A stretch of DNA of 64,000 nt from a virus. Shown piece after piece: positions 1-9,838 of this stretch (positions are counted from its first letter, which is position 1; every line of letters begins with the position of its first letter). The stretch covers positions 64,001 to 128,000 of IMG/VR virus record IMGVR_UViG_3300045988_161114. One strand, given 5' to 3'. Below the pieces are notes generated by a model. That model had not been told where the DNA came from, did not search any database, and was given only the letters and a program-made list of their open reading frames with translations. Made by a program: the position numbers and the translations under genes.

Positions 1-3000
1 TGCCGTAGTAATTTACGTCATTATTAAATATAGATTTACCATCAACGACAAGAGCCTCTAACTTAGCTTGTCTTCCAACTGATATACCGCCTCTAAATTC
101 AGCTTGTGCATCAGTTCTAACAACGTTTGCTGTTAATACACCTTGAACAGTTGTATTACCAGATGCTGTAAGAGCACCATCTATTGTGATAGATGAGTTG
201 ATATGTGTTTCACCAGATATATTTAAAACATCTGTTATATCAACTTCTCCAGAGAAGATTGTTTTATTATTATTAAATTGAGCGTTACTGCTCACAGTTA
301 ATATTTTACCATCTTCACCTAGAGCTATGCCACCCCTGATTATTGCTCCATCGTTAACTTCTAATGAGCCACCAATCTTAGATATACCAGTTACATTAAG
401 GTCTGAACCAACATATATTTGTTCAGATGTAGATATAGTCTTAGCAGATAAGCTAGCAGATGCAACTACTGGGCCTGCAACATCTATACTACCTTTAATG
501 TTTGCATTAGATTGTAAATCCAATGTTCCAGTTACGTTAAGGTCGGATTTAAATGTAGCATCATCATTTACGTCAACTGCGCCAACAAATGATGTCTTGC
601 CGTTATTGAATATTGCATTACCATTAACAGTAAGCTTATCGGCTTCTTTAGATCCTATTACTGCTTGACCATTAAATATAGCTTTTTCTTCTACAGTTAA
701 TGTTTTACTTATAGACACAGAACCCTGTGCATCAAGGTCTAATGTATTCAGTTTCGAAGAGAATCTACCTATATTGGCAACTATATCTTTTGTTGTCTCA
801 ATGTTTCCAGTAGAAGATATCAATCCTGATGAAGCTAATCCACCTCTAGCATCTATTGCTTCTGTTGTTTTAAGTGATGCAGCAGATATTTTCTCTATTG
901 TAGCATTAGCTGAGTTTATTGAACCTGTAACCCTTACATCACTAGCAGCAGTTATTACGCCTTCAAATGCTGATACACCAGCAACTTTAAGTGAATCAGA
1001 TAAGTCAACTGGGCCGGATAGTATAGACCTAGATTTAATAAAAAGTTCATTACCTTTTATACTATTACTGCTATTGATTGTACCATTTACATTTAGGTTA
1101 GAGTTTATACCTACATTTTCTGTAAATGAAACGTCACCAGTGAATCTAGAAGTGCCTTTAATATCCAGTGTGCCAAATGTACCTTTGCCAGATACATTTA
1201 TATTTTCTGAACTTATATCTCCAGCAACAGATGTATTGCCAGTAACACCAAGATTCTCATCTATAGTAATGCTACCAAATGCCTTTATATCACCTGTTGT
1301 AACAGTGCTATATGTCATAGACTGACAGTCTATTGCGCCACTTCTAGCATCAACAAATACTACGCCGTTTTTAGATTCTACAACCATCCATCCTGGAGGA
1401 CATTCTGTATCGCTACCAGTAACGTATACTGCGCCAACATCTCCAAAGTTTACACCTCTTCTCTCTTTTAGAGATGATACACTTACTGTAGCTGATTTAA
1501 AGTTACCTACAGATGCATGTATATTAGACTTCGGCCATGATGTTAAGTTGTCTACCCTTGTTGAACCTGCTGGGGTTGAGTCACCGAATCCATATGATAT
1601 ACCGCCTTCAACTTGAGGAACTGTACTATCTTTCAGGAAATATATATCACCTTTACCGGCCTCTATATATGTGTCATGGTCAGTAGGTGTAGATGCACCA
1701 CCATTCTTAGCAGAGGTGTACATATTCATATATGGATTATATGTAGCATTCTTATTTTGAATACCTGTATTTTTACCACTGCCGTTAAATACTACTGGCT
1801 TTTTAGATGTTACAACTATTGCATCATCTTTTTCTGTTAATGTTGCACCCTCTTGTGTTCCGAATAATATCTTTCCTTCACCTTTGATATTAATCGTTTT
1901 AGGAGTCATGTTCTCAACATTAATGTTGGATAGGTCAACATCTGAGCCAAATGTTATTTTATTTCCAGAATCTGATGATACATTTACATTACCATCTGAA
2001 TTTGCAAATTTAACACCGCCGATTGTTAATGTAGAACTAGGGCCTGTTATACCTATATTGCCAGATGCAACTATTGTATCTATATCCAATGCCTTAGCAA
2101 TTATTTTGCTAAGTCCGCCTTCTGAGTTTACAAATTTAGCTACACCATTTTTAGATTCTATATTCAATGTGTTTGGTAATGAATTCTTATCACCAGTTGA
2201 ATATATTTTATTCCCATCTATTTCTAATGCTGTTGCATATGAATTATCTGGATTATTTGGATTAGCATGTGTTTCTATTTTTAATCCGTTTTCAGAACCA
2301 TATAATTTTAAGCCTTTAAATGCGAAATCATACAGTAATGAAACCGCATCAGATACGCTTCCGAAGTAAATCTTTCTAGAATTGCTAACAGTATTGTTAT
2401 ACAAGTTGTGCGGGTCAGATGAACCAATTAATACATCACCTATTATGGCGTTATTAAAGTTGCCATCATTGTTTTGAATATAACCCTCTCTATTGAAGTA
2501 TTGAGGATGATCATCACCTTGTATATTAGATATACCGTATCGTCTATCTGTTGGATTATATCTGCTTGCCCTCAATCCTGATAGTGAACTATGTAATACT
2601 TGTGACCCAAGCTCCTCGCCATTATGAGAATGGTTAAAAGCAAATCTAAACAATAGAGCTAATGAGTCTGCTACTGTCCAGTTATTTACCGATAGAACAA
2701 ATGTGTCTGAAACGTCTACACTTATTGATGTTTCGAATCTATATTTGTTCGGCGCCATTAGATATACATTAGCGTCATCAAGCTTTTGATATTCACCATT
2801 AAATAGCTTCCATACAGATACTTCTTCTTTAGGTGCTAATATTGCACCAGTTGATGAGATAAATTTTGTAAATTTATCTTTCAGTACAAAATCTACATTC
2901 TTCTGATAAGTTGTCTTATCATATGTATTTGATGATGCTACTGTTACCTCATAAACCTTATCAGATACTTTTGTTACAGATGGTTTAGATATTTTATTCT

Positions 3001-3502
3001 CTGCAAGCAAAGACGGAGATGGTATACAGTTTGGTGTAAATCCTGCTCCATATTCTGCCCCTGGATATGTACCTTTATAACTTACTGTAAATGATCCGGT
3101 AGGATTTTTAAGGAATAGTAGTTTTCTTCCTATTACAGAGTATTGGTTATCTTCTTTAAGGTCATTTACCTCTACTTTTATATATGTCTTATTATCAGAT
3201 GTTCTTATTGTAAGATCACCTACAGGAATTAAAGTAAGGTAGAAGTCATTTATACCGACAGAACTAAATGAATCTGTATAATCTGAGAACACTACGCCAA
3301 TAGGGGTATTAGGAGAGACCTTTGAGAAGTCACCTATAGATTCTGATATAGATGTTTTATATGAATTTTCTATACCAGTTCCATAGCCATTTACATCACC
3401 GATTGTGTTTTTAATATTTTCAACATTAAGTGATACCTCATTTATAGCCTCTATAGCATGTTGAGGAGTAAGAGCACCACTATCTAAATGTAAATTTGCC
3501 AT
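1..3502 (-). CDS. tail fibre protein, first 1167 codons (the 3' end of the gene lies beyond the left window edge)
   Basis: Absent from the ORF track because it is open at the window edge. Minus-strand hand translation from ATG 3502-3500 runs without a stop to nt 2 (MANLHLDSGALTPQHAIEAINEV...NNDVNYYG). A GGAAA Shine-Dalgarno sits upstream, and the ATG is 8 nt after the stop of the preceding gene. The distal two thirds are degenerate fibre/beta-helix-type repeats (GVTGNTSVAGDISSENINVSGKGTFG, LNVNGTINS, LNVTGTLDLQSNANIKGSIDVAG). It is the terminal gene of the baseplate block. Confidence 0.75.
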   Translation of the reverse strand, partial: MANLHLDSGALTPQHAIEAINEVSLNVENIKNTIGDVNGYGTGIENSYKTSISESIGDFSKVSPNTPIGVVFSDYTDSFSSVGINDFYLTLIPVGDLTIRTSDNKTYIKVEVNDLKEDNQYSVIGRKLLFLKNPTGSFTVSYKGTYPGAEYGAGFTPNCIPSPSLLAENKISKPSVTKVSDKVYEVTVASSNTYDKTTYQKNVDFVLKDKFTKFISSTGAILAPKEEVSVWKLFNGEYQKLDDANVYLMAPNKYRFETSISVDVSDTFVLSVNNWTVADSLALLFRFAFNHSHNGEELGSQVLHSSLSGLRASRYNPTDRRYGISNIQGDDHPQYFNREGYIQNNDGNFNNAIIGDVLIGSSDPHNLYNNTVSNSRKIYFGSVSDAVSLLYDFAFKGLKLYGSENGLKIETHANPNNPDNSYATALEIDGNKIYSTGDKNSLPNTLNIESKNGVAKFVNSEGGLSKIIAKALDIDTIVASGNIGITGPSSTLTIGGVKFANSDGNVNVSSDSGNKITFGSDVDLSNINVENMTPKTINIKGEGKILFGTQEGATLTEKDDAIVVTSKKPVVFNGSGKNTGIQNKNATYNPYMNMYTSAKNGGASTPTDHDTYIEAGKGDIYFLKDSTVPQVEGGISYGFGDSTPAGSTRVDNLTSWPKSNIHASVGNFKSATVSVSSLKERRGVNFGDVGAVYVTGSDTECPPGWMVVESKNGVVFVDARSGAIDCQSMTYSTVTTGDIKAFGSITIDENLGVTGNTSVAGDISSENINVSGKGTFGTLDIKGTSRFTGDVSFTENVGINSNLNVNGTINSSNSIKGNELFIKSRSILSGPVDLSDSLKVAGVSAFEGVITAASDVRVTGSINSANATIEKISAASLKTTEAIDARGGLASSGLISSTGNIETTKDIVANIGRFSSKLNTLDLDAQGSVSISKTLTVEEKAIFNGQAVIGSKEADKLTVNGNAIFNNGKTSFVGAVDVNDDATFKSDLNVTGTLDLQSNANIKGSIDVAGPVVASASLSAKTISTSEQIYVGSDLNVTGISKIGGSLEVNDGAIIRGGIALGEDGKILTVSSNAQFNNNKTIFSGEVDITDVLNISGETHINSSITIDGALTASGNTTVQGVLTANVVRTDAQAEFRGGISVGRQAKLEALVVDGKSIFNNDVNYYG

Positions 3503-3510
3503 TGCTTTTC

Positions 3511-5247
3511 CTAGCTATTCTTTATTACAGCGGACATGCCTTTTATGGCATTGTCGCTAAATAAAATATTTGTTTTTACTGTCCCTAATGGGATTTCATT
3601 CTTATTATAGTTTACACCATATACATTTAGGTTAACTTCTCTAGAGTAAAGAGCGTACAGTCCTATTAATTTATCTCCATATTCCGACACAACAGATGAC
3701 AATACGTCTTCATTTATCTTCTTGTCTCTTATGTATATAGTTTTAGAATTAGGTATTACAGATGTATACGAAACATTTATGCCAGTTTGTATATCTCTAT
3801 ACTTAGGAATCTCTATTAAATCTGGTGCATAAAATTTAAACTCAACATCTTTGTCGTCTTCTGTTTTAATAGTTATTCCGGATTCAGATGCACATGATGG
3901 TAGATGTATAAATTTATGAACCTTTTCTTTTTGTATCTGTAATGACACACTGCCAGATGTTGATTGTTCTGACTCTACCTTTTTGGTAAAGCATATATGA
4001 GCTAATCTTAAGTCATCATTGTATTTATTTTTAAATACTCCATAAACACTAGATAGTCCGCCAGTTTTATACCCTGGAAATTCATATTTGCCATCTTTAA
4101 GTTCAATTTTATTTATCAGTAAGCCTATATCATTAGGCAGCGATGCATACAAAATCTGTTCACTATTTGATGTATAAAACTTAGGATTCTTTGCAGATAT
4201 CCCATTTATATTTATCTCTGTATCTGACGATATAGAGTATCCTATATACTCTTCAGGTATAGATAATTTTAATTCCGAGTAAGAAGATCCGTTATCATCA
4301 AATGATATATCATCTATTGTTTTGGGAATTATAAATGCCTGATTATCATATTCTGAAAGAGATAAAAGATTTATCTCATTAGTAGGAGTTATAGAGTCCT
4401 TAAAGTTTATATTAACCCCAGTTTCGATTTTAATTTCTGGAAGTATGCCATATATAATATTAAGATTATCATATGATCCGTTTATATATATTATACCGTT
4501 TTTATTATCAACGGATTCTATTGTAATAAGCGTTAGCGAATCATCAAATACTGAAACACTAGGATATATTGGAAAGTATTTTGTATGTAGTATAGTTTTG
4601 CCAGCAATCTTTTTGGTATATGGCTTTTCTGAATAAGCGAGTATATTGCCAGATGTTACATTATCCTTATATAAGGACGACATATTTGTGGCGGCAGAGT
4701 CAAGCTCTTCCTGTGTATATAACCCTTTGCCAGTACCTATAAGTTTTGGTGATATAGGCTTATCCATCTTTATAGACATCTTAAAATTATTATCCGGAAC
4801 AGAATAAGAATTTGTTATGTAGCTATATACTCCATCCATTGGGATATCGCTATTGTCTATATATGTGTACGGACCGCTTTTACCTCTTTTATATATTTTA
4901 TATATGCCAGATTTATCTTTATCTCTAGAATTTATAAATACACTGTAGTCAAAAATTATATTGCCAAATTCAAAAACTATTTCGCTATCTTTAATTTCAG
5001 GAAAGAATGAGATACCTGTTGTGTTAGGTATAACAGTTTTATCTGAAATCCAATACCCTCTATATATTCTATTCTCATCTATTGATTTATCCCATCCGAA
5101 TTTAGTATGCTCTGGAGATTGAGATAAATCTTCTGCCAACTTGAGATATCTTGAGTATGGAATTTCAGAAAAGCCAATATCCATTTCTGGCTGTTTTATA
5201 TAAGAGTTAGTCCCCCTTATGGATATATTATATTGTATAGTTGGCAT
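3511..5247 (-). CDS. hypothetical baseplate-distal / fibre-associated structural protein (578 aa)
   Basis: The ORF-track start at 5256 is GTG. The in-frame ATG at 5247 has an AAGGTGA Shine-Dalgarno 5 nt upstream and is preferred. No family motif recognised. The call rests on position between the baseplate genes and the fibre. Confidence 0.6.
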   Translation of the reverse strand: MPTIQYNISIRGTNSYIKQPEMDIGFSEIPYSRYLKLAEDLSQSPEHTKFGWDKSIDENRIYRGYWISDKTVIPNTTGISFFPEIKDSEIVFEFGNIIFDYSVFINSRDKDKSGIYKIYKRGKSGPYTYIDNSDIPMDGVYSYITNSYSVPDNNFKMSIKMDKPISPKLIGTGKGLYTQEELDSAATNMSSLYKDNVTSGNILAYSEKPYTKKIAGKTILHTKYFPIYPSVSVFDDSLTLITIESVDNKNGIIYINGSYDNLNIIYGILPEIKIETGVNINFKDSITPTNEINLLSLSEYDNQAFIIPKTIDDISFDDNGSSYSELKLSIPEEYIGYSISSDTEININGISAKNPKFYTSNSEQILYASLPNDIGLLINKIELKDGKYEFPGYKTGGLSSVYGVFKNKYNDDLRLAHICFTKKVESEQSTSGSVSLQIQKEKVHKFIHLPSCASESGITIKTEDDKDVEFKFYAPDLIEIPKYRDIQTGINVSYTSVIPNSKTIYIRDKKINEDVLSSVVSEYGDKLIGLYALYSREVNLNVYGVNYNKNEIPLGTVKTNILFSDNAIKGMSAVIKNS

Positions 5248-5854
5248 TTGGTTCACCTTTTACCATTCTATTCCAGTCTATAACAGACTGTTTTACCTGA
5301 GGGATACTATATATTGATTCTATATCTCTTATTATATTGGTATCTGACATATTCAAAATAAAGTTTTTAGCATGATGCCGAAAGCTTATACTTTCTACAT
5401 TCTTTGATGAATCAGTTATAATTTTACCATTTATAATAGTTTGTTTTTCTATAGGCTCTATTTTTACATCATCTTTATAAGAATATGGAATCATTGATAT
5501 AAGATTTTTAGACTTATTAAGATATATATCAAAAGGAGACCTATCTATTACTGATGTAACAATATCCACATTGGAAGAATTTATTAACATTATTGCAGGT
5601 ATATGTTCCATACCCTTATATACTTTTACATCAACACTTTTCTCTTTTAGATATTTGTATACATCACCTATCTTTTTGTTTGATAACTGAAGACTTTCTC
5701 CGTCTACAATAATCTCCCCATCATATACAGAGATATAGCCTGCAAAGTTTTCTACTAACAATGCAGGATATTTTTCTCCTATATTATCGCTATAAGAAGT
5801 ATATCTTTCGCTTCTTTTAAATGGGTTTATATCATATTCCCTAAGTTTAATCAT
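5228..5854 (-). CDS. hypothetical baseplate protein (208 aa)
   Basis: The ATG at 5854 overlaps the upstream stop (ATGA coupling). No motif recognised. Embedded in the baseplate block. Confidence 0.6.
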   Translation of the reverse strand: MIKLREYDINPFKRSERYTSYSDNIGEKYPALLVENFAGYISVYDGEIIVDGESLQLSNKKIGDVYKYLKEKSVDVKVYKGMEHIPAIMLINSSNVDIVTSVIDRSPFDIYLNKSKNLISMIPYSYKDDVKIEPIEKQTIINGKIITDSSKNVESISFRHHAKNFILNMSDTNIIRDIESIYSIPQVKQSVIDWNRMVKGEPNANYTI

Positions 5855-7281
5855 GTTAACTCTATACTCTTATAATCTGAATCTAAAACTATCTCATTTT
5901 CATCATACTGCATCCATATATGTCTGATTGGCTTAGCAGAGTAGAATTTATTATCTATCTCGAAATACAATTCTCTATTGAATACAAATATATCTGTTAC
6001 GCCGCCCATAAGCATCATATTATTTGATTCATCTTGGTATGCTGCAGCATAAAATATTTTATTGTCTAATGTAGTTACGGAAAATATATAAGGCATCGTA
6101 TTTGTACATGGAACAGAGAGATTAATTATGTCAGCTGATGATACAGAACTTATCCATGTATTTTCATCATTAGATAATTGCCCAAATTTATTTAAATAAA
6201 ATACATCATCGCCATTATATAATGTTATTTTTATTTTATCGCTTCTGTACCTCTTTGCTATGTCATGAGCAAAGATTCTGCACCTAACATTGTATCCTAT
6301 CTTGCTTTCTTCCTCTTCAACAAATATAAATGGATTGTTATTCAGGCTGCCATTTGTATTTATTAGATCGTACATAGGATAAGGCTTGTATGTATTAATC
6401 CATCCTGCCTCATCTAATGATATTATGTCTGATGAGTTAGTTAAGTAAATAGATTTTAGATTTGATTCTGTATCAAATCTTATTTCTTCACTTCTTACTA
6501 TACCGGATTGATCATATACAACTATTGATGATCCATCATATTCTAAATGTGGAGATATAAAGTCTCCGTATTTATTTGTTATTCTTTTTGGAGGGATTAT
6601 TTCTGAATCAATAGAGTGATGCTTTGAAAGATTTAGCTTATCAGATATTGTAATATAATTTGGTGTTTCTATTTTATAAATATATTTGTATTTATAAAAT
6701 GTTTCAGATGATGACTCTTTATTTACCCTTAATGTTTCTATTATTGTTTCGCCATTTGAATCTGAACCCATTATTACAACATTGAATACTGATTGATTTT
6801 GTTCAGCTGGTGATATGTATAATGTACAGTCTGTTGACAATTTCCTATCAAAGACTTTTGTTCCGGGGAACATTGATTCATTAAAAGAATTTTTATTTAG
6901 TGATAGAGGAGTCTCTGTGAGCTCAAATCCTGTTATAGGAAATTGAGTAAAGAAGTTTGATGTAAATGATCCAGCATAGTCTATATCTCTTTTGCCTATT
7001 AGCTCAACTCTGCCGTCCAAATGTTTTATTCTGTGCGTTTCAGTTTTTATTGACTTATATTTGCCAAATGATGGGAGTCTATAAATTTTATTATAGCACT
7101 CCAAATCATTATTTCTGTACCTCTGTAAAACAAGATTACAAACTTTATCTATATTTGAATTTACTATATCAGAAAATGGTAATAGAAATTTAGATATATT
7201 AGAAAAGTTATTATTAAATGGGGCAGACCATTGAGCAAAGTATTTAGTCAATATATTAATTGAGTTATTTTGCTTGATCAT
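5851..7281 (-). CDS. hypothetical baseplate wedge protein (476 aa)
   Basis: ATG start 1 nt after the stop of the J-like gene. It occupies the slot of the J-partner wedge protein (P2 gpI / Mu gp48 position). No motif recognised. Confidence 0.55.
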   Translation of the reverse strand: MIKQNNSINILTKYFAQWSAPFNNNFSNISKFLLPFSDIVNSNIDKVCNLVLQRYRNNDLECYNKIYRLPSFGKYKSIKTETHRIKHLDGRVELIGKRDIDYAGSFTSNFFTQFPITGFELTETPLSLNKNSFNESMFPGTKVFDRKLSTDCTLYISPAEQNQSVFNVVIMGSDSNGETIIETLRVNKESSSETFYKYKYIYKIETPNYITISDKLNLSKHHSIDSEIIPPKRITNKYGDFISPHLEYDGSSIVVYDQSGIVRSEEIRFDTESNLKSIYLTNSSDIISLDEAGWINTYKPYPMYDLINTNGSLNNNPFIFVEEEESKIGYNVRCRIFAHDIAKRYRSDKIKITLYNGDDVFYLNKFGQLSNDENTWISSVSSADIINLSVPCTNTMPYIFSVTTLDNKIFYAAAYQDESNNMMLMGGVTDIFVFNRELYFEIDNKFYSAKPIRHIWMQYDENEIVLDSDYKSIELT

Positions 7282-7282
7282 A

Positions 7283-8437
7283 TTATTCCGATTCTTCTAA
7301 TCCTATAGATGTAGATTGACTTAATGCACATATTGCTGTATCTGGAACTGCAAAATCGCCAGTAGATATATCGGCTATTGTCCCGTATACATCAGAGCGG
7401 ATTATTATATGTTCTATTTGTATATCTAATCCGTAAGTATTTAATTCTTTTACTAACTCTTCGAAATTAATATTGCCAGTTATAAGTGGAGTATATACAG
7501 AATTAAAAGATTCATTTATAGCTGACATAGCCATACTTGATGTTGTATTTTTATATTTAAAGTATACATCAAGAAGTAGAACCTCTGGCATCAATACGTC
7601 AAATGATTGTTCTGATGATGAAAGGTAATCCAACTCAGATAATATTTTAGACTTTATAAATGAGTAATTTTCATCTACAAAGTTTTTAAGATAATTATCT
7701 GTTGTAACGTAAATGTAAGTTTTACTATCATTAGGCTTTCTAACTATCTTGCTCGATCTAACAGTAGGGATTCCTGAAAGTATTCCTCTTATAGAATAAT
7801 CTGATGATCCATGTACACGCATTTTTGCGTATACAGTTCTTCTTCTTAGACTATCGTCTGATTCTTCTGATAGGTTTGTATAGATGCTACTGCTTATAGA
7901 TATAGAAACACCTATAGTTATAGGATTTGATTCATCAGAAATATCTATCTTTGTTCCATTTTTTATATCAGTTGAATCAGATGTAGTTATACGAACTGGA
8001 AGAGGAATAGACGTTTCGTTATGTGATACATAAACATTTTCTGTTACCTCTATTGATGTACCAATACCGAATAAAAATACTTTGCCGGCCTCTATTATTA
8101 TTTTGCCGTCCATGTATTTAGGGAACTGTGATCCATCATTCATTACTAGATTAACTATGGCATCATCTTTTGATATATACACATCAGAGTATATATTTCT
8201 TACAACCCCAAATTCATATGCATTCTTGGTTAGTAGGTCGCCAGATGCATATTGCGTATGTGTAGAATTAATTGCGGCATTAGAGTATGCAACAAGGTTT
8301 ACAGCTGTATCTGTTATCGCGTCTGTAATATGTCTTACTACAGTAGACTTTGAGGTATTGTTTATACCAGTATTCTCACTAATTCGCGCAGATATTTCCT
8401 GAGTCATTAACTCTTTATTAGTTAATTGATCATACAT
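7283..8437 (-). CDS. baseplate J-like wedge protein (384 aa)
   Basis: Follows a W/gp25-like gene with an 8-nt overlap. The N-terminal region (...YASGDLLTKNAYEFGVVRNIYSDVYI...) matches the A-x-G-x-x-L-D-x-L-x-x-x-x-G-(V/L)-x-R pattern I remember for Baseplate_J proteins. Confidence 0.6.
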   Translation of the reverse strand: MYDQLTNKELMTQEISARISENTGINNTSKSTVVRHITDAITDTAVNLVAYSNAAINSTHTQYASGDLLTKNAYEFGVVRNIYSDVYISKDDAIVNLVMNDGSQFPKYMDGKIIIEAGKVFLFGIGTSIEVTENVYVSHNETSIPLPVRITTSDSTDIKNGTKIDISDESNPITIGVSISISSSIYTNLSEESDDSLRRRTVYAKMRVHGSSDYSIRGILSGIPTVRSSKIVRKPNDSKTYIYVTTDNYLKNFVDENYSFIKSKILSELDYLSSSEQSFDVLMPEVLLLDVYFKYKNTTSSMAMSAINESFNSVYTPLITGNINFEELVKELNTYGLDIQIEHIIIRSDVYGTIADISTGDFAVPDTAICALSQSTSIGLEESE

Positions 8438-8849
8438 AAGAAACTCCGGTTATAGGTGAAAATACTATATTCACCTCTGATTGTTTATTTCTTGTAAATT
8501 GATAGTCTGTACCTACTGCAATTTTGAATAGTATCCTTTGTCCATCTAGTACATAATTTATTTGAAAGTTATCTCCAGAAAAGAATTTGTCTTCTGTAAA
8601 CGAATTCTTTATACTGGTAACTATTTCTTTAGCCAATGAATCGGTTACTGCTCTTCCTATAAATTTATGGAGATTGGCTCCATAAATATTGTATAGGTAC
8701 ATATCGGATGTTCCTGACATTAGTCTATGTCTAGCATTTGTTAGTGCTATCATATTTTGGTTTGACGATGTGTATATATCTCCATTGGATATGATTATAT
8801 CACCATAGTCATCCGTTATTATATCTCTACCTATCTCTTCTATTAGCAT
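8430..8849 (-). CDS. baseplate W / T4 gp25-like protein (139 aa)
   Basis: Size, position directly upstream of the J-like gene, and overall gpW/gp25-like sequence character. Motif-level support is weak. Confidence 0.5.
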   Translation of the reverse strand: MLIEEIGRDIITDDYGDIIISNGDIYTSSNQNMIALTNARHRLMSGTSDMYLYNIYGANLHKFIGRAVTDSLAKEIVTSIKNSFTEDKFFSGDNFQINYVLDGQRILFKIAVGTDYQFTRNKQSEVNIVFSPITGVSYV

Positions 8850-9169
8850 TAGAATAGTCCTGTAACCGTACTTAAAACTACACCATTTATAGCTGATTGT
8901 ATTCCTACATTTTTTGTTGGAACAGTTATTTCAAATGTTGGGACAGGTGTAATCATTGTAGATGGAATGCCTGACACTGCAACAGGGTTAAATTTATAGA
9001 ATCCTCCGAACACTACGGACGTGGGCGGAGATGATACTGACATTGGACCGTTTACAAATACACCATAATCTTTATGTGTAGATATAGACATACTGCCAGA
9101 CGATATAGATGTTACATCTTCTCTTAGGTCTATTAATGTCGTACTGTCTGGAGATGGTCTTATTAGCAT
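8849..9169 (-). CDS. small baseplate / spike-associated protein (106 aa)
   Basis: ATG start with a 1-nt overlap on both neighbours. Ser/Pro/Val-rich. No PAAR motif seen. Confidence 0.45.
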   Translation of the reverse strand: MLIRPSPDSTTLIDLREDVTSISSGSMSISTHKDYGVFVNGPMSVSSPPTSVVFGGFYKFNPVAVSGIPSTMITPVPTFEITVPTKNVGIQSAINGVVLSTVTGLF

Positions 9170-9837
9170 TATGTTTTACCCGTAAAAACAGTAGTTGGCA
9201 TATAACATTCTTTTGTTCTTATTGTTTTATAACTATCAGTTCTTACAACACTTGGATCGACTTTCTGTTCAAAGTCTATTATATCTTCCATATGCGATGG
9301 TGTAGCTATGAACATATTTTGAGATTCTCCATATGTTCCTACAAACCCTTTATGGAATGTTGTGTCATATACTTCATTGGATAGTTTATTGAAATTTTCA
9401 AGTATACCGCGATTCTTTAGTTTGTCTTTTAATCTAGAATCGAATATCTTGTCTTTGTTTGAAAGTCTGTAATCAAACATGGCGCGTCTAGATATAATTC
9501 TAGCATCAGAATTCGCCATTAATATACAGCCAGTTGGAAATCCTTCTTTAGTGAAGAATACTTGAACTCTTGCCCCTATTAAGAACTTGGGGTCTGATAT
9601 TTGTGTAGCATAGGTCATATTTATTGGAATTAGAAGCTCTGCCATAGTGGCAGTATGTTCTGGTGCACCTTTTGGAATTCCAACAAGATATTGTCCACAC
9701 TGAACAGGATTCCCCATCATATCTGATAGGGTTTCCCCAACTAATCTAACAACAACAAATATTTGAGAACCTTGGAGAGATACTGTTTGTATCTCCCCAA
9801 TCTCTGAGTATGCCATTGAAGCTAATGTATTACTCAT
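9169..9837 (-). CDS. baseplate central spike candidate (gpV-like OB-fold, 222 aa)
   Basis: The N-terminal IGEIQTVSLQGSQIFVVVRLVG...GARVQVFFTKEGFPTGCIL resembles the gpV/gp5 OB-fold pattern (G-x-V...V-x-V-x-F...G). Lies directly after the hub-containing giant gene. Confidence 0.45.
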   Translation of the reverse strand: MSNTLASMAYSEIGEIQTVSLQGSQIFVVVRLVGETLSDMMGNPVQCGQYLVGIPKGAPEHTATMAELLIPINMTYATQISDPKFLIGARVQVFFTKEGFPTGCILMANSDARIISRRAMFDYRLSNKDKIFDSRLKDKLKNRGILENFNKLSNEVYDTTFHKGFVGTYGESQNMFIATPSHMEDIIDFEQKVDPSVVRTDSYKTIRTKECYMPTTVFTGKT

Positions 9838-9838
9838 A

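Noticed and set aside
327-2369. Four plus-strand ORFs (113, 183, 75 and 161 aa) from the ORF track
   Set aside because: They are low-complexity Ser/Pro/Leu/Ile-rich translations lying antisense to a continuous 1167-codon minus-strand fibre ORF with a proper Shine-Dalgarno and ATG. They are shadow ORFs of repetitive coding sequence.
1-3502. Diversity-generating retroelement targeting the fibre
   Set aside because: The window contains no reverse transcriptase and no template-repeat/variable-repeat pair. The repeats in the fibre are degenerate protein-level repeats only.
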